This document shows, one piece after another, positions 17,780 through 28,380 of a DNA stretch of 64,000 nucleotides. Location of the stretch: contig JAUWQW010000001.1 of assembly GCA_030610885.1 (NCBI GenBank), positions 5,317 to 69,316 of the forward strand. Direction: 5' to 3'. The translations under genes were made by a program, and so were the position numbers. The number at the start of each line of letters is the position of its first letter. Positions within the stretch are counted from its first letter, which is position 1. The notes under the pieces are model-generated. The model searched no databases and was not told where the DNA came from. It saw only the letters and a program-made list of their open reading frames with translations. The DNA comes from Candidatus Aminicenantes bacterium. GTDB lineage: Bacteria > Acidobacteriota > Aminicenantia > UBA2199.

Positions 17780-20700
17780 TTATCTAAAGTAATCAATCCC
17801 TGATTCAAATAGTTTTTGATCTTTATTTCCCGGGATGTTTTTTGAAATATTATTACCCGTTCTTTCTGAATGGCACATTTTCCCCAGAACTCTACCATCA
17901 AGGCTTGTTATTCCTTCAACTGCATTTATAGAACCATTCGGGTTAAAATTAATATCCATGTTTGGGTTTCCATTAAAATCAACATATTGAGTTGCAATCT
18001 GGCCTGCACTTATAAGTTTGTTCATTAATTGTTCATTTGCTATAAACCGACCTTCCCCATGGGAAACAGGTATTGTGTGAATATTTCCTATGTTTGAATG
18101 AATAAACCATGGTGATAGGACAGATGTTACTTTTGTTCTAACCATACGTGATATATGTCTACCTATTGTATTAAAGGTTAGAATCGGGCTCTTTTCATTC
18201 ATCTCAATTATTTCACCAAATGGTACAAGCCCTAATTTGATTAAAGCTTGAAATCCATTGCAAATGCCCAGTATTAAGCCATCTCTATGCTTCAATAGAT
18301 TCATGATTGTATCTTTTATGTTAGGGTTTCTGAATACTGCTGCAATAAATTTCCCTGCCCCTTCTGGCTCATCACCTGAGCTAAAACCTCCAGGGATTAC
18401 AATTATTTGTGAGTTATGAATCTTACTTTCAAGTTTTTTTAGAGATTGGTTAATATATTTTGGGTTTAAGTTGTTAAATACAAATATGTCAACTAAACCC
18501 CCTGCTTTTTCAAATGCTTTCGCAGTATCATACTCGCAATTTGTTCCAGGAAACACAGGTATTAAAACTCTTGGTCTTGCAATTTTACTTGGAGGTCTTT
18601 TTGTATTTCTTTTTGAGAAGCCAAGGAATTCAGCATTCTTGTCAATTTTATGATTATTTATTACTTTTGTTGGGAAAATATCTTCAAAAGGTTCTTCCCA
18701 GACTGAAATTATCTCTTCTATTGATATTCCACTTCCATTTATTTCAATACTTGCTTTTTTTTGTGTTTTCCCAAGGTTTTTATAATTTATTCCTTTGAAT
18801 ATTGTATTTACATCCTCTTTTTTATCAATTTCAACCAGAATTGAGCCATAATCAGGAGATAATATAGAAATTATATTTTGCTTATCCTTAAACTTAAATC
18901 CAATTTTATTCCCAAAGCTCATTTTACTTAACGCTTCGATAAGTCCTGCTTCTTTTACTGTTTGAGCCGATAATATTTTTCCGTTTTTAACCAATTCTGA
19001 AATCCTTGTATAATTTTTCTTCATAAGATCAAAGTAAGGCAATTCATATTTATCTCTTTCAAGTTTAATGTATATGATATAATTATCAGGTTTTTTAAAT
19101 TCAGGAGATATTACTTTGTTAATACCAATTGTATCAACAGCAAATGCAATGAGAGTTGGTGGTACGTTTAAGTCATTAAAAGTTCCTGACATGCTATCTT
19201 TTCCACCTATTGCAGCAAGATTGAGTTCTTTCATCACGTAATATGCACCTAAAAGTGCACTAAAAGGCTTACCCCATTTTTTAATATCATGTCCAAGTTT
19301 TTCGAAATACTCCTGAAAAGAGAAATGGATACTTTTATAATTTCCACCACAGGAAACTATTTTAGCAATAGCTTCAACTATTGAATATATAGCTCCATGA
19401 AAGGGACTCCATTTTGATATCCTTGGATTAAAACCAAAACTCATAACTGTTCCGGTTTTTGTGTTTTGAGGAAAAGCTGGAATTTTTGCAACCATTGCTT
19501 CAATAGGAGTTAGTTGATATTTACCGCCAAAAGGAAGGAATACACTTCCTGCTCCTATTGTAGTGTCAAATCTTTCTACTAATCCTTTTTGACTGGCTAT
19601 GTTCAAATCTCTCATATTTTCCAGCCATATGTTTTTTAAGTCAGGGGATTTATCTTTTATATATTGCGTTCTGTTTTTAAAAAAGTTGTTGTTTTTAAGA
19701 GGAGCAGATACAAATATATTGGTATTTTGTCTCTTTCCATTTGTACTAATAAACCTCCTGCTTAAGTCAACAATCTTCTTGCCTCTCCAGAACATTTTTA
19801 ATCTTTTGTCTGATGTTACCTTTGCAATTTCTACAGCTGCAAGGTTTTCTTCAAAAGCATACCTTATAAAATTTTTAGCATTTTCTTTTGAGACAACTAC
19901 TGCCATTCTCTCTTGCGATTCTGAAATTGCCAATTCAGTTCCATTAAGTCCTTTATATTTTACAGGAATCAAATCAAGATTAATCTCAATTCCTTCTGTT
20001 AGTTCTCCAACTGCTACTGATACTCCACCAGCTCCAAAGTCATTACTCTTTTTTATCATTTTAGTTACTTGAGGATTTCTAAATAATCGTTGTAATTTTC
20101 TCTCTTCTGGAGGGTTCCCCTTTTGGACTTCAGCTTCTGCAGTATATATGGATTCTTCAGTATGAGTTTTTGAAGAGCCTGTGGCTCCGCCAATTCCGTC
20201 TCGTCCTGTTTTACCTCCAACTAAGATTATTGAATCCTCTGGTTCAGGTTCTTGTCTTATAATATTTTTTTTTGGAACAGCTCCTATTACAGCTCCGACT
20301 TCCATTCTTTTAGCAATATACCCTTCATCATATATCTCAGAAACCATACCTGTTGCTAAACCTACTTGATTACCATAAGAACTGTATCCATTAGCTGCTT
20401 CAGTTGTAATTTTTTGTTGTGGGAGTTTCCCTGGGAGTGTTTCTTCTATTTTTTTTTTCGGATCTCCACTACCTGTTACTCGCATTGCCTGAAAAACGTA
20501 GGAACGTCCTGAAAGTGGGTCTCTTATAGCACCTCCCAGACATGTGGCAGCTCCTCCGAATGGCTCTATCTCTGTAGGGTGATTGTGTGTTTCATTTTTA
20601 AACATAATTAGCCATTCTTCTTTTTTATCTTCTATTTCTACATCTCTTATAATACTGCATGCATTTATCTCTCCTGATATTTCTAAATCTTTTAAGCCGC

Positions 20701-21565
20701 CTTTTTTAAGCAATTCTTTCGCATTTATTGTAGCAATGTTCATAAGTGTGATATCTTTGTCTTTATCTTTATAAATAGATTTATATGATTTTAGATATTT
20801 TTCGAAAGCTATTTTTATAGGAAAGCTGAATATAGATTTTTCTATATGTACATTTTTAATTTTTGTATTGAAAGTTGTATGTCTACAGTGGTCAGACCAA
20901 TATGTATCAAGAACTTTTATTTCTGTTATTGAGGGGTCCCTTTTTTCATCCTTTTTAAAATATTTTTGACAATACAATATATCATCAAATCTCATTGCAA
21001 GGTTCAACTCTTTTCTGAGAGCTTCGAGCTCGTTTTTATTTTTATCTGTAAACCCTATTAATATTTTAACATCATCTGGGATTATAAAATTTATTTTTAA
21101 ACTTTCAGGTTTTGCAAGATTTGCTTCTCTTGAATCAACTGGATTTATTAGATATTTTTTTATTTTTAAAATTTCTTGTTTTACTAAATCACCTTTTAAA
21201 ACATATACCTTAGCTGTGCGAACTATTGGTTTTGATTTTTTTGTGGTAATTTGAATACATTGAGCTGCAGAATCTGCCCTTTGATCGTATTGGCCTGGAA
21301 GGTATTCAATGGAAAATACTATTTCATTTTTTTCTGTTTTAAACTCTTCATTATAAACCATATCAACCGGGGGTTCTGAGAAAATTGTTCTGATTGTTCT
21401 TTTAAATTCCTCTTCTGTTATCCCAGAAATATCATATTTATTTAATATTCTTACGCTATTTAATTTTTTTATATTTAAATTTTCTCTCAGGTTTTTTAAA
21501 AGAGTTTTAGCTTCAATAGCATAATCTTCTTTTTTTTCAACGTAAATTCTCTTTATCTTGTCCAT
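17780..21565 (-). CDS. purL: phosphoribosylformylglycinamidine synthase, large single-chain form (PurS-like N-terminus, PurL AIRS domains, PurQ glutaminase C-terminus)
   Basis: The 1261-aa protein has the FGAM synthase domain order. PurL ATP-grasp-like motifs are present (GGAATCLGGAIRDPLSG, VGLATGMVSE). The C-terminal class I glutamine amidotransferase has GICNGFQAL (catalytic Cys) and HSER. Confidence 0.9.
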   Translation of the reverse strand: MDKIKRIYVEKKEDYAIEAKTLLKNLRENLNIKKLNSVRILNKYDISGITEEEFKRTIRTIFSEPPVDMVYNEEFKTEKNEIVFSIEYLPGQYDQRADSAAQCIQITTKKSKPIVRTAKVYVLKGDLVKQEILKIKKYLINPVDSREANLAKPESLKINFIIPDDVKILIGFTDKNKNELEALRKELNLAMRFDDILYCQKYFKKDEKRDPSITEIKVLDTYWSDHCRHTTFNTKIKNVHIEKSIFSFPIKIAFEKYLKSYKSIYKDKDKDITLMNIATINAKELLKKGGLKDLEISGEINACSIIRDVEIEDKKEEWLIMFKNETHNHPTEIEPFGGAATCLGGAIRDPLSGRSYVFQAMRVTGSGDPKKKIEETLPGKLPQQKITTEAANGYSSYGNQVGLATGMVSEIYDEGYIAKRMEVGAVIGAVPKKNIIRQEPEPEDSIILVGGKTGRDGIGGATGSSKTHTEESIYTAEAEVQKGNPPEERKLQRLFRNPQVTKMIKKSNDFGAGGVSVAVGELTEGIEINLDLIPVKYKGLNGTELAISESQERMAVVVSKENAKNFIRYAFEENLAAVEIAKVTSDKRLKMFWRGKKIVDLSRRFISTNGKRQNTNIFVSAPLKNNNFFKNRTQYIKDKSPDLKNIWLENMRDLNIASQKGLVERFDTTIGAGSVFLPFGGKYQLTPIEAMVAKIPAFPQNTKTGTVMSFGFNPRISKWSPFHGAIYSIVEAIAKIVSCGGNYKSIHFSFQEYFEKLGHDIKKWGKPFSALLGAYYVMKELNLAAIGGKDSMSGTFNDLNVPPTLIAFAVDTIGINKVISPEFKKPDNYIIYIKLERDKYELPYFDLMKKNYTRISELVKNGKILSAQTVKEAGLIEALSKMSFGNKIGFKFKDKQNIISILSPDYGSILVEIDKKEDVNTIFKGINYKNLGKTQKKASIEINGSGISIEEIISVWEEPFEDIFPTKVINNHKIDKNAEFLGFSKRNTKRPPSKIARPRVLIPVFPGTNCEYDTAKAFEKAGGLVDIFVFNNLNPKYINQSLKKLESKIHNSQIIVIPGGFSSGDEPEGAGKFIAAVFRNPNIKDTIMNLLKHRDGLILGICNGFQALIKLGLVPFGEIIEMNEKSPILTFNTIGRHISRMVRTKVTSVLSPWFIHSNIGNIHTIPVSHGEGRFIANEQLMNKLISAGQIATQYVDFNGNPNMDINFNPNGSINAVEGITSLDGRVLGKMCHSERTGNNISKNIPGNKDQKLFESGIDYFR

Positions 21566-21683
21566 AGATGTTTAATTCATCTCTATTGGAAATTATAGCA
21601 TATTACAATTCTGTATTAAAATTTAAGATTAGATTGTTAATGCTTTTTGTAGCTATATATACCTAATTTATTTTATAACTTTG

Positions 21684-23321
21684 TTATTTTCCCATTTCTT
21701 CAATGCGTTTTTTATCTTCTTCTCTTTGAATTTGTCTTTTTCTTAATTTTTGGAATTGTTCAATCATCTCTTTATATTTCATATCCCATTCTTTACTTTT
21801 TAAGGGCTCAGTTATTTTCTTCTGATAATAAAGCAAAGCTTTATAAGACCATGGGAATGGATTTGATGGGTTAAATTTAGTGGATTTATCAAGTGCAGCA
21901 AACCCCTTGGCAATAAGGGGACGCCTCTCTTCATCTGACATTTCATCAGGTTTTGTCTGGTAACTTTTGTTCCAGCAAACATGTCCAACTCTATAATAAG
22001 CATCAGCTAATAATTTTTTCTTTTCTTCTGGGGAATTTATACTCTCTTCTTCTGATTTTTTTATTAGTTCTTGAAATTCGTTTTTCTTGATTTCTAATTC
22101 TTTATTAGCATTTTCTAAAGAGCCCATTTCTTCTAATTGTTTTGTTTTTTCCTTCATTAGTTTTGCCTTAGCTTCTTTTGGCAGGGTTCTATTCTTCCTA
22201 AGCACATTTTCAATGAAATCTTTGATCTTATTTATATCTTCAATTTTTTGTTCAATTTTTTCAACCTCTTTTTGTAGATCCAGGGTTTCAGGATTCAAAA
22301 TAGTATAGATTCTTTTTTCATGATATTTTATTGCTTTGTTCCATTGTCTTGAATCTCCATAATATTGTGCTAAAAACAGGTATGCTTGAGGGTTCTCAGG
22401 AGTCATTTCAATTGGTTTTTTATACATCATTTCAGCTTCAGTAAGTCTTCCATGATTTAAATAAAAATGAGCTAAAGTATAATAAGATTGAGGGTTAGTT
22501 TTGGCATTCTCTAAGATAGTTAGATAACATTTCTCACTTTCTTTATAATAGTTTTCCCTTTCTTCTTTTGTCTCTGTAGCTGATGATATTCTGTCATAAA
22601 TATCACCAAGAGCTAAAACGATTTTTTTATTATTTGTAGCTTCATCTTTAAGTGGCTCTTTAAATTTTTCTGGTAAATATTCTCTTATTTTTTCATTAAA
22701 CTCATGATCTGCCTTTTCTTTAATATCTTTTTTCTTATTATTCAGGCTATTTGTTAATCTTTTTTGAAGATTTTCTATCTCTGAATTTATTTCTTCCTTA
22801 ATTTCAGGTTTGGCTTCTTGTTCTGCCTTTTTTTGCAGCTCTTCAATATTGCTGTTATACATCTGTTTTGTCTCTTCTATGGTTTTTTGCTCAATTGGTT
22901 TATACTTTAATTCAATCTCTTCTCTGATATTATCTCTTTTTTCCTGGTTTATGCTATTTATTGCTTTATTTTCTAAATCTTCAATTTTTTTATCAGAAAA
23001 TTCTCTTGCTTTAAGCAAAAAATCTAAGGCGTTTTTACCATTTTCTTTATTTTTTTCCGTGGTCTTTGATGGATTATAAAGTAAAGCATAGCTTGAGCCG
23101 ATATAGAAATATGCTACTTTAAGGTCAGGATTAAGTTCCAGTGCTTCATGGTACTCATTTATTGCTTTTTTATATTTTTCCTCTGTATAAAACGTATTTG
23201 CTTTTTTTAGATGATTGTTTGCTTTCAAGTTATCTATTTTTAGTTTTTCACACCCTGAAAAACTGGTTATAAAAAATGCGGATAAAGTTAGTACTAATAG
23301 AATTAATAAAATTTTCTTCAT
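21684..23321 (-). CDS. TPR-repeat lipoprotein with coiled-coil region
   Basis: Signal peptide with lipobox (LTLSAFFITSFSGC). TPR repeats are present (YKKAINEYHEALELNPDLKVAYFYIGSSY, AYLFLAQYYGDSRQWNKAIKYHEK). There is a long charged coiled-coil middle region. Confidence 0.6.
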   Translation of the reverse strand: MKKILLILLVLTLSAFFITSFSGCEKLKIDNLKANNHLKKANTFYTEEKYKKAINEYHEALELNPDLKVAYFYIGSSYALLYNPSKTTEKNKENGKNALDFLLKAREFSDKKIEDLENKAINSINQEKRDNIREEIELKYKPIEQKTIEETKQMYNSNIEELQKKAEQEAKPEIKEEINSEIENLQKRLTNSLNNKKKDIKEKADHEFNEKIREYLPEKFKEPLKDEATNNKKIVLALGDIYDRISSATETKEERENYYKESEKCYLTILENAKTNPQSYYTLAHFYLNHGRLTEAEMMYKKPIEMTPENPQAYLFLAQYYGDSRQWNKAIKYHEKRIYTILNPETLDLQKEVEKIEQKIEDINKIKDFIENVLRKNRTLPKEAKAKLMKEKTKQLEEMGSLENANKELEIKKNEFQELIKKSEEESINSPEEKKKLLADAYYRVGHVCWNKSYQTKPDEMSDEERRPLIAKGFAALDKSTKFNPSNPFPWSYKALLYYQKKITEPLKSKEWDMKYKEMIEQFQKLRKRQIQREEDKKRIEEMGK

Positions 23322-23414
23322 AAAATCCTCCTCTTATGTTATAAGATACTTTTATAATTTAATATTTAAAAAAAGTCAAGTTAATTTAAAAATAAAATAT
23401 CCGAAATATATATT

Positions 23415-23759
23415 TTATTTAATTTTATAAAACCACATTAAGAATAACCACAGGTCCTGAATATAAGGGATAAGTTTATTATTTAAGTAAATTTTAGTAG
23501 TTTCCTGATTTTTTACCAGTTCAAATATCTGATATAATTCTTCCACATCTTCAGGATAGAAACTAACAAATACTTTATAAAAATCACCTTTACCTTGGTC
23601 CATAAAATATTTATTTTTTTTTGCAATTGTGATTGCTTTTTCGTAATTTTTTGATAGATGTTTTTGAAATCTTATTGTGATTTTGAAATCTCTATTTGAT
23701 TTTTTTGGATTTAGAATATTCCATAATTTTTCTTCCTGGATTGTTTTTTTTGTGTCCAT
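23415..23759 (-). CDS. hypothetical protein
   Basis: 114-aa ORF upstream of the uvrD-like gene. I recognise no domain. Confidence 0.35.
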   Translation of the reverse strand: MDTKKTIQEEKLWNILNPKKSNRDFKITIRFQKHLSKNYEKAITIAKKNKYFMDQGKGDFYKVFVSFYPEDVEELYQIFELVKNQETTKIYLNNKLIPYIQDLWLFLMWFYKIK

Positions 23760-23835
23760 ATTTGTATTTTAATACAAAAAACAGATAATTTAAAGGAAAA
23801 ATGATATAGAAATTTATTGTTTCCTTGATTTTTTT

Positions 23836-25896
23836 CTAAAAAAAAATTATTTTAACAATTGAAGTATCAATTATTTTTTCTCCCTCATCAGTAAAATCAA
23901 TAAGATATTTTTCATTATTTATTTCATTTATAATTTTACCTCTGCCAAAAATAGGGTGTTTGATATACTTTTCTTCTAATTTTGGTGACTCTACTACATC
24001 TTTATGTGAAATATAATGAATAAGTTCATCAATTGAATAAACTGATTTATATAGTTTGAAGTTTATGTCAAATAGAAATTTTGAAACTCTTTCTGAATCT
24101 GACGAAACAATCAATTGATTGATTGCTCTTGTTGAAGCTACATAAAGTAATCTTCTTTCTTCTTCAATTTCTAATCTTCCTTTTCTCAGGAAAAATGGCA
24201 TATATGAACTATTTACTCCTGCAGCTATCACTGTTTTAAATTCCATTCCTTTTGCATTATGCATTGTGAGAAGATAAGCTTTTTCTTTTATTTTTTCTTT
24301 TTTTTCATTTGAATTAATGGAAATCGTATCTAAAAGGTCTGTGAAATTACCTTTTTTATTTATTAGTTCCCATTTTTTTATAAAAGCTATTAATTCTTTT
24401 ATATTTAACACTTTGCTTTCTTCACCCTTATCTTTCAAAAAATTAATATAGTTTGAATGATTTAGAACAAGTGTTAAAATTTCCGAGAATGAAAAATTAC
24501 TCTTGTTTTTATTTAAGTCGAATATTTTTTTGAATAAAGTTTTTGCTTGAAATTTTTCAGAAAAGAATCTTTTTAAGGTTACAAATAAAGATAAATTTTG
24601 CTCTGATGATTTTTTGTTTAATAATTCAATGGTTTTAGTCCCAATTCCAAGAGGCAAAAAATCAATTATTCTTAAAAAAGAGATATTGTCTTGTAAATTT
24701 ATTGACAATTTTAAAAGCGCAATACTATCTTTAACTTCTTTTCTATCAAAAAATCTGATACCTTTAATGATTTTAAATTTTATATTCTTTTTTAAAAATT
24801 CAGTTTCAAATGCCAGAGATTGTGAATTTATTCTATATAAAATAGCAACAGGGAGCATGTCAGGTCTCATCTGATTGAGTTTTATTATAAGACCAGCTAT
24901 TTTTTCAGCTTCATCTTCCTTAGAGGTTGAATTTAAAATGTATACTATATTCCCATCTTTTTTTTCAGTCCACATTATTTTTTTTCTTCTAAATAGATTT
25001 TTATCAATCAAGTTATTGGCAAAATCAAGTATCTGTTTAGTTGAGCGGTAATTCTGTTCTAATTTTATGATTTTAGTACCTGGAAAATCATTTTCAAAAT
25101 CAAAAAGAAAACGTATACTTGCGCCTCTCCATGAGTAGATTGCCTGATCATCATCTCCAACTACAGTTATTTTATTATTTTTTTGTGCAATTAATTTTAT
25201 CAATTCATATTGATTTGGGTTTGTGTCCTGAAATTCATCAACAACCACATAATTGAATTTTCTGTTGTATTTCAATTTTATATCCTCATTATTTTGAAGT
25301 AATTTAACAGTAAGGGAAATTAGATCTTCATAGTCCCATACTTTATTTTTTTTTTGAAATTTAAAGTATAATGAGAAAATTTTGATTTCATCCTCATTAA
25401 AACCTTTATCGTACAGATCATCAGGGTTATTTGGGTAAACTGAATTCATTTTTGATGAATTGATTTTTACCCTGACGCTTTCTGTCATATCATTTGTAAA
25501 ATAATTAAAATTTTCTTTTATAATGTTTTCAATTATCTTTTTTTGATCTCTGTCATCAATTATCTGCCATTCGCTATCAAACCCAAGGGCATCCCCTGAT
25601 TCTCTGAGAATTCTTAATCCGAGAGAATGGAAAGTTGAGATGTTAAATAGATTTGGGTCAATTCCTGTTAAGGACTTTATTCTATTCTTCATCTCATTTG
25701 CTGCTCTATTTGTAAATGTTACTCCAAGAAGATTGAAAGGAGAGCAGATTTCTTTTTGTACCAGATAGGCAATTTTATGAGTAATTACTTTTGTTTTACC
25801 AGATCCAGCACCAGCAATGATGAGTAAAGGCGAATCAAATAATAGTACTGCCTCTTTTTGATCAGGATTTAAATTTTCAAATAAATTATTTCCCAT
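23836..25896 (-). CDS. ATP-dependent DNA helicase, UvrD/PcrA/Rep family
   Basis: Motif I AGAGSGKT, motif II VVDEFQDTN, motif III/IV (VVGDDDQAIYSWRGA, YRSTKQILDFAN), motif VI (VASTRA). The start overlaps the pcm stop by 11 nt. Confidence 0.85.
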   Translation of the reverse strand: MGNNLFENLNPDQKEAVLLFDSPLLIIAGAGSGKTKVITHKIAYLVQKEICSPFNLLGVTFTNRAANEMKNRIKSLTGIDPNLFNISTFHSLGLRILRESGDALGFDSEWQIIDDRDQKKIIENIIKENFNYFTNDMTESVRVKINSSKMNSVYPNNPDDLYDKGFNEDEIKIFSLYFKFQKKNKVWDYEDLISLTVKLLQNNEDIKLKYNRKFNYVVVDEFQDTNPNQYELIKLIAQKNNKITVVGDDDQAIYSWRGASIRFLFDFENDFPGTKIIKLEQNYRSTKQILDFANNLIDKNLFRRKKIMWTEKKDGNIVYILNSTSKEDEAEKIAGLIIKLNQMRPDMLPVAILYRINSQSLAFETEFLKKNIKFKIIKGIRFFDRKEVKDSIALLKLSINLQDNISFLRIIDFLPLGIGTKTIELLNKKSSEQNLSLFVTLKRFFSEKFQAKTLFKKIFDLNKNKSNFSFSEILTLVLNHSNYINFLKDKGEESKVLNIKELIAFIKKWELINKKGNFTDLLDTISINSNEKKEKIKEKAYLLTMHNAKGMEFKTVIAAGVNSSYMPFFLRKGRLEIEEERRLLYVASTRAINQLIVSSDSERVSKFLFDINFKLYKSVYSIDELIHYISHKDVVESPKLEEKYIKHPIFGRGKIINEINNEKYLIDFTDEGEKIIDTSIVKIIFF

Positions 25897-26593
25897 TTAT
25901 ATTTCTTATTAATGGTACAAACCTAACAGGTATCAAATTTGTTCTCTTCAGGTTACCTTTTGTATCTTTCTCAATCAAGATCAATTCTTGAACATTTGAA
26001 GTATAGCTGACTGGTATGACCATTCTTCCGCCAACAGAAAGTTGTTCAATCAATGGAGGTGGAATGTGGTCAGGAGAACAAGTTACAATTATCCCATCAT
26101 AAGGTGCGTATTCTTTCCATCCCAGATATCCATCTCCAATTTTGAATTTAATATTTTTATAACCAAGGGATTGGATGAGTTTTTTGGCTTTTAAGCCCAG
26201 GTTTTTTTTTATCTCAATTGTATATACGTTTTTTACTAATTGAGCTAATATAGAAGCCTGATATCCTGAGCCTGTTCCAATTTCAAGAATTTTTTTATTG
26301 TACTCAGGAGCTATAATATAAGTCATTATTGCAACAATGTAGGGTTGAGATATTGTTTGGTTTTCATCAATTGGAAGTGGATAATCTCCATAAGCCATGT
26401 GTCTTAATTCAGGTTTTACAAACAAATGTCTTTTTACTTTATAAAATGCATTAAGTATTCTCTTATCAGTAATTCCTCTTTCAAGTATTTGTTTTTCAAC
26501 CATATTTTTTCTTAGAACAGTGTAATCAATTTTTTTTGGAAATATAAATTGAGATATTAAAATTAAAATTATTAAAAGGTATTTGATTTTCAT
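25886..26593 (-). CDS. pcm: protein-L-isoaspartate O-methyltransferase
   Basis: TISQPYIVAIM and the SAM-binding motif ILEIGTGSGYQASILAQL are present. The C-terminal region is typical of PCMT. Confidence 0.8.
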   Translation of the reverse strand: MKIKYLLIILILISQFIFPKKIDYTVLRKNMVEKQILERGITDKRILNAFYKVKRHLFVKPELRHMAYGDYPLPIDENQTISQPYIVAIMTYIIAPEYNKKILEIGTGSGYQASILAQLVKNVYTIEIKKNLGLKAKKLIQSLGYKNIKFKIGDGYLGWKEYAPYDGIIVTCSPDHIPPPLIEQLSVGGRMVIPVSYTSNVQELILIEKDTKGNLKRTNLIPVRFVPLIRNINGK

Positions 26594-26691
26594 AAATATA
26601 TTTTAACAGAATTGTTTATTAATATCTATATTTTAAATAAAAATATAGTATTTGACTTGAAAGTTGTTCTTACAAATATTTTATTATATTT

Positions 26692-28245
26692 TTATAAAAA
26701 ATCTTTGAATTTTATATCGTAAGTTTTAAATGTTCTTGCAAGAATCTTATTAATTTTAGCTAATGTTTGGTTATAATTAATTATAGATTGTAATGCATTT
26801 GTTTGAGCTGTAGCGTATTGACGTTGATATGTTAATACTTGGAAATTTGTTGATAACCCGACTGAAAGTTTTTTCTCTTCAGCTTTGAGTTTTTCTTTTT
26901 CTAATTTCAATGCTATTTCATTTGCTATTACCAATTTGAGGTTTGTTTGAATCTCTTTTATTGCTTGTTTTACCTCAGAATATATATTGTTTTCAACCTT
27001 TTCTAAGTTTAAAAGTGACCTTTTCATGTTGATCTTGGCCTGAGCAAATTGAGCTTTTTCTTTTGAAAAGCTCAAAGGAACAGATAGTTTGAGTCCAAAT
27101 GAGTAATTTTTGTATAAATTGGAAACAGTGTCTTTCATTGAATCCCATATATCTCTTTTAATTGCACCTATAATTTCTCTCTCTCCAGTAAATGGGTTGC
27201 CAGGGCCATATATTATCTGAGTTCCTCCCTGTCCTGTGGTGTAATAGGATGCTGTTAATTGTAGATCAGGCAGCATCTGGTTTCTTGCATATTTAACCAA
27301 TATGTTATAATTTTTTAAATCTAATTTTGATTGTTCAATATCAGGTCTATTCTGCAGGGCTTCAAGTAAAAATTCATTAAGATCAGTTTCTGTTGTTTTA
27401 ACTTCAGGTATATCAGAAGGGATAATTGTTTTATCCTGTTTACTTAGATTAAGAATCTTTTTCAGGTTCTCTTCAGCTGTTTGAATTGATTGTTCTGCTT
27501 GAATTAACTGACTTTCATATGATGCAACATCTGCTTTTGCTTCAAGTATATCGATTGGAGCTGCAATTCCGACTTTCACCTTAATTTCATTTTGTCTTAA
27601 AAGATCTTTTGATCTTTGCAGGGCTTTTTTCTTGGCATCAAGGTTCTGATATGTATAGACAAGGTTCCAATATGCATCTTCAACACTGTAGATAAGATTC
27701 AAGATATTTTCTTTTAATTTGTATTTATTTATTTTGTAATTATTTGCAGCAATATATATATCTTTTTTTGTTGAGAAAGTACCAAATCCTTTTAAAAGGG
27801 GTTGTGATAGGGAAAATGTTAAACTTGAATATAAACTTGGATTTATTGTAGAATATATACTGTTTGTCTTATAATTAGTATTACTTAAATTAATGTTTAA
27901 CACACCTCCCAATGCTATTTTCTGTTCTAACCCTAGATTTAATGATGAGCGTTCATTCGTTTGAATATCAGCACCTCCAAATATGTCAGTACTAGGTCTG
28001 TTTGTTTCTGTGCTGATTACATCTACTGTAAATTTAGGTATAAAAATTGAATCATCTATCTTTAAAGTTTCCTTTGAGTATTCCATGTTGGTTTTTTCAA
28101 TCTTAAAATCAAGGTTATTCTCTAATGCCTGATAGATAGCCTCTTTTAAAGAGATTTTATCTGTTTTGTTTTCAGCCTTTATAGAAAAACTGAATAAACT
28201 GAATAAAAGGGTTATTAGTAATATTACTTCAAATGATTTTTTCAT
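26692..28245 (-). CDS. TolC-family outer membrane efflux protein
   Basis: Signal peptide. Two tandem outer-membrane efflux protein repeats with coiled-coil and beta-strand alternation (LKEAIYQALENNLDFKIEKTN..., LNEFLLEALQNRPDIEQSKLDLKN). 517 aa. Confidence 0.75.
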   Translation of the reverse strand: MKKSFEVILLITLLFSLFSFSIKAENKTDKISLKEAIYQALENNLDFKIEKTNMEYSKETLKIDDSIFIPKFTVDVISTETNRPSTDIFGGADIQTNERSSLNLGLEQKIALGGVLNINLSNTNYKTNSIYSTINPSLYSSLTFSLSQPLLKGFGTFSTKKDIYIAANNYKINKYKLKENILNLIYSVEDAYWNLVYTYQNLDAKKKALQRSKDLLRQNEIKVKVGIAAPIDILEAKADVASYESQLIQAEQSIQTAEENLKKILNLSKQDKTIIPSDIPEVKTTETDLNEFLLEALQNRPDIEQSKLDLKNYNILVKYARNQMLPDLQLTASYYTTGQGGTQIIYGPGNPFTGEREIIGAIKRDIWDSMKDTVSNLYKNYSFGLKLSVPLSFSKEKAQFAQAKINMKRSLLNLEKVENNIYSEVKQAIKEIQTNLKLVIANEIALKLEKEKLKAEEKKLSVGLSTNFQVLTYQRQYATAQTNALQSIINYNQTLAKINKILARTFKTYDIKFKDFL

Positions 28246-28380
28246 AAAACTCCTCCATTAAAATACTAAATACGAAACTATTAAAAAAAAGTTCTATAAA
28301 TATTGAGAAAGTTAAAATAGTTGAAGGTATTGTTTTCTGTTTTACAAAATCCATAAATTGTGATATTTTCTTTTCATAAA

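Noticed and set aside
18471-20774. Several 60-157-aa ORFs on the plus strand inside purL (18471-18653, 18514-18798, 19599-20072, 20181-20369, 20583-20774)
   Set aside because: They are antisense to a strongly supported 1261-aa purL gene. The translations are low-complexity (F/L/S-rich), typical of spurious antisense ORFs in AT-rich DNA.
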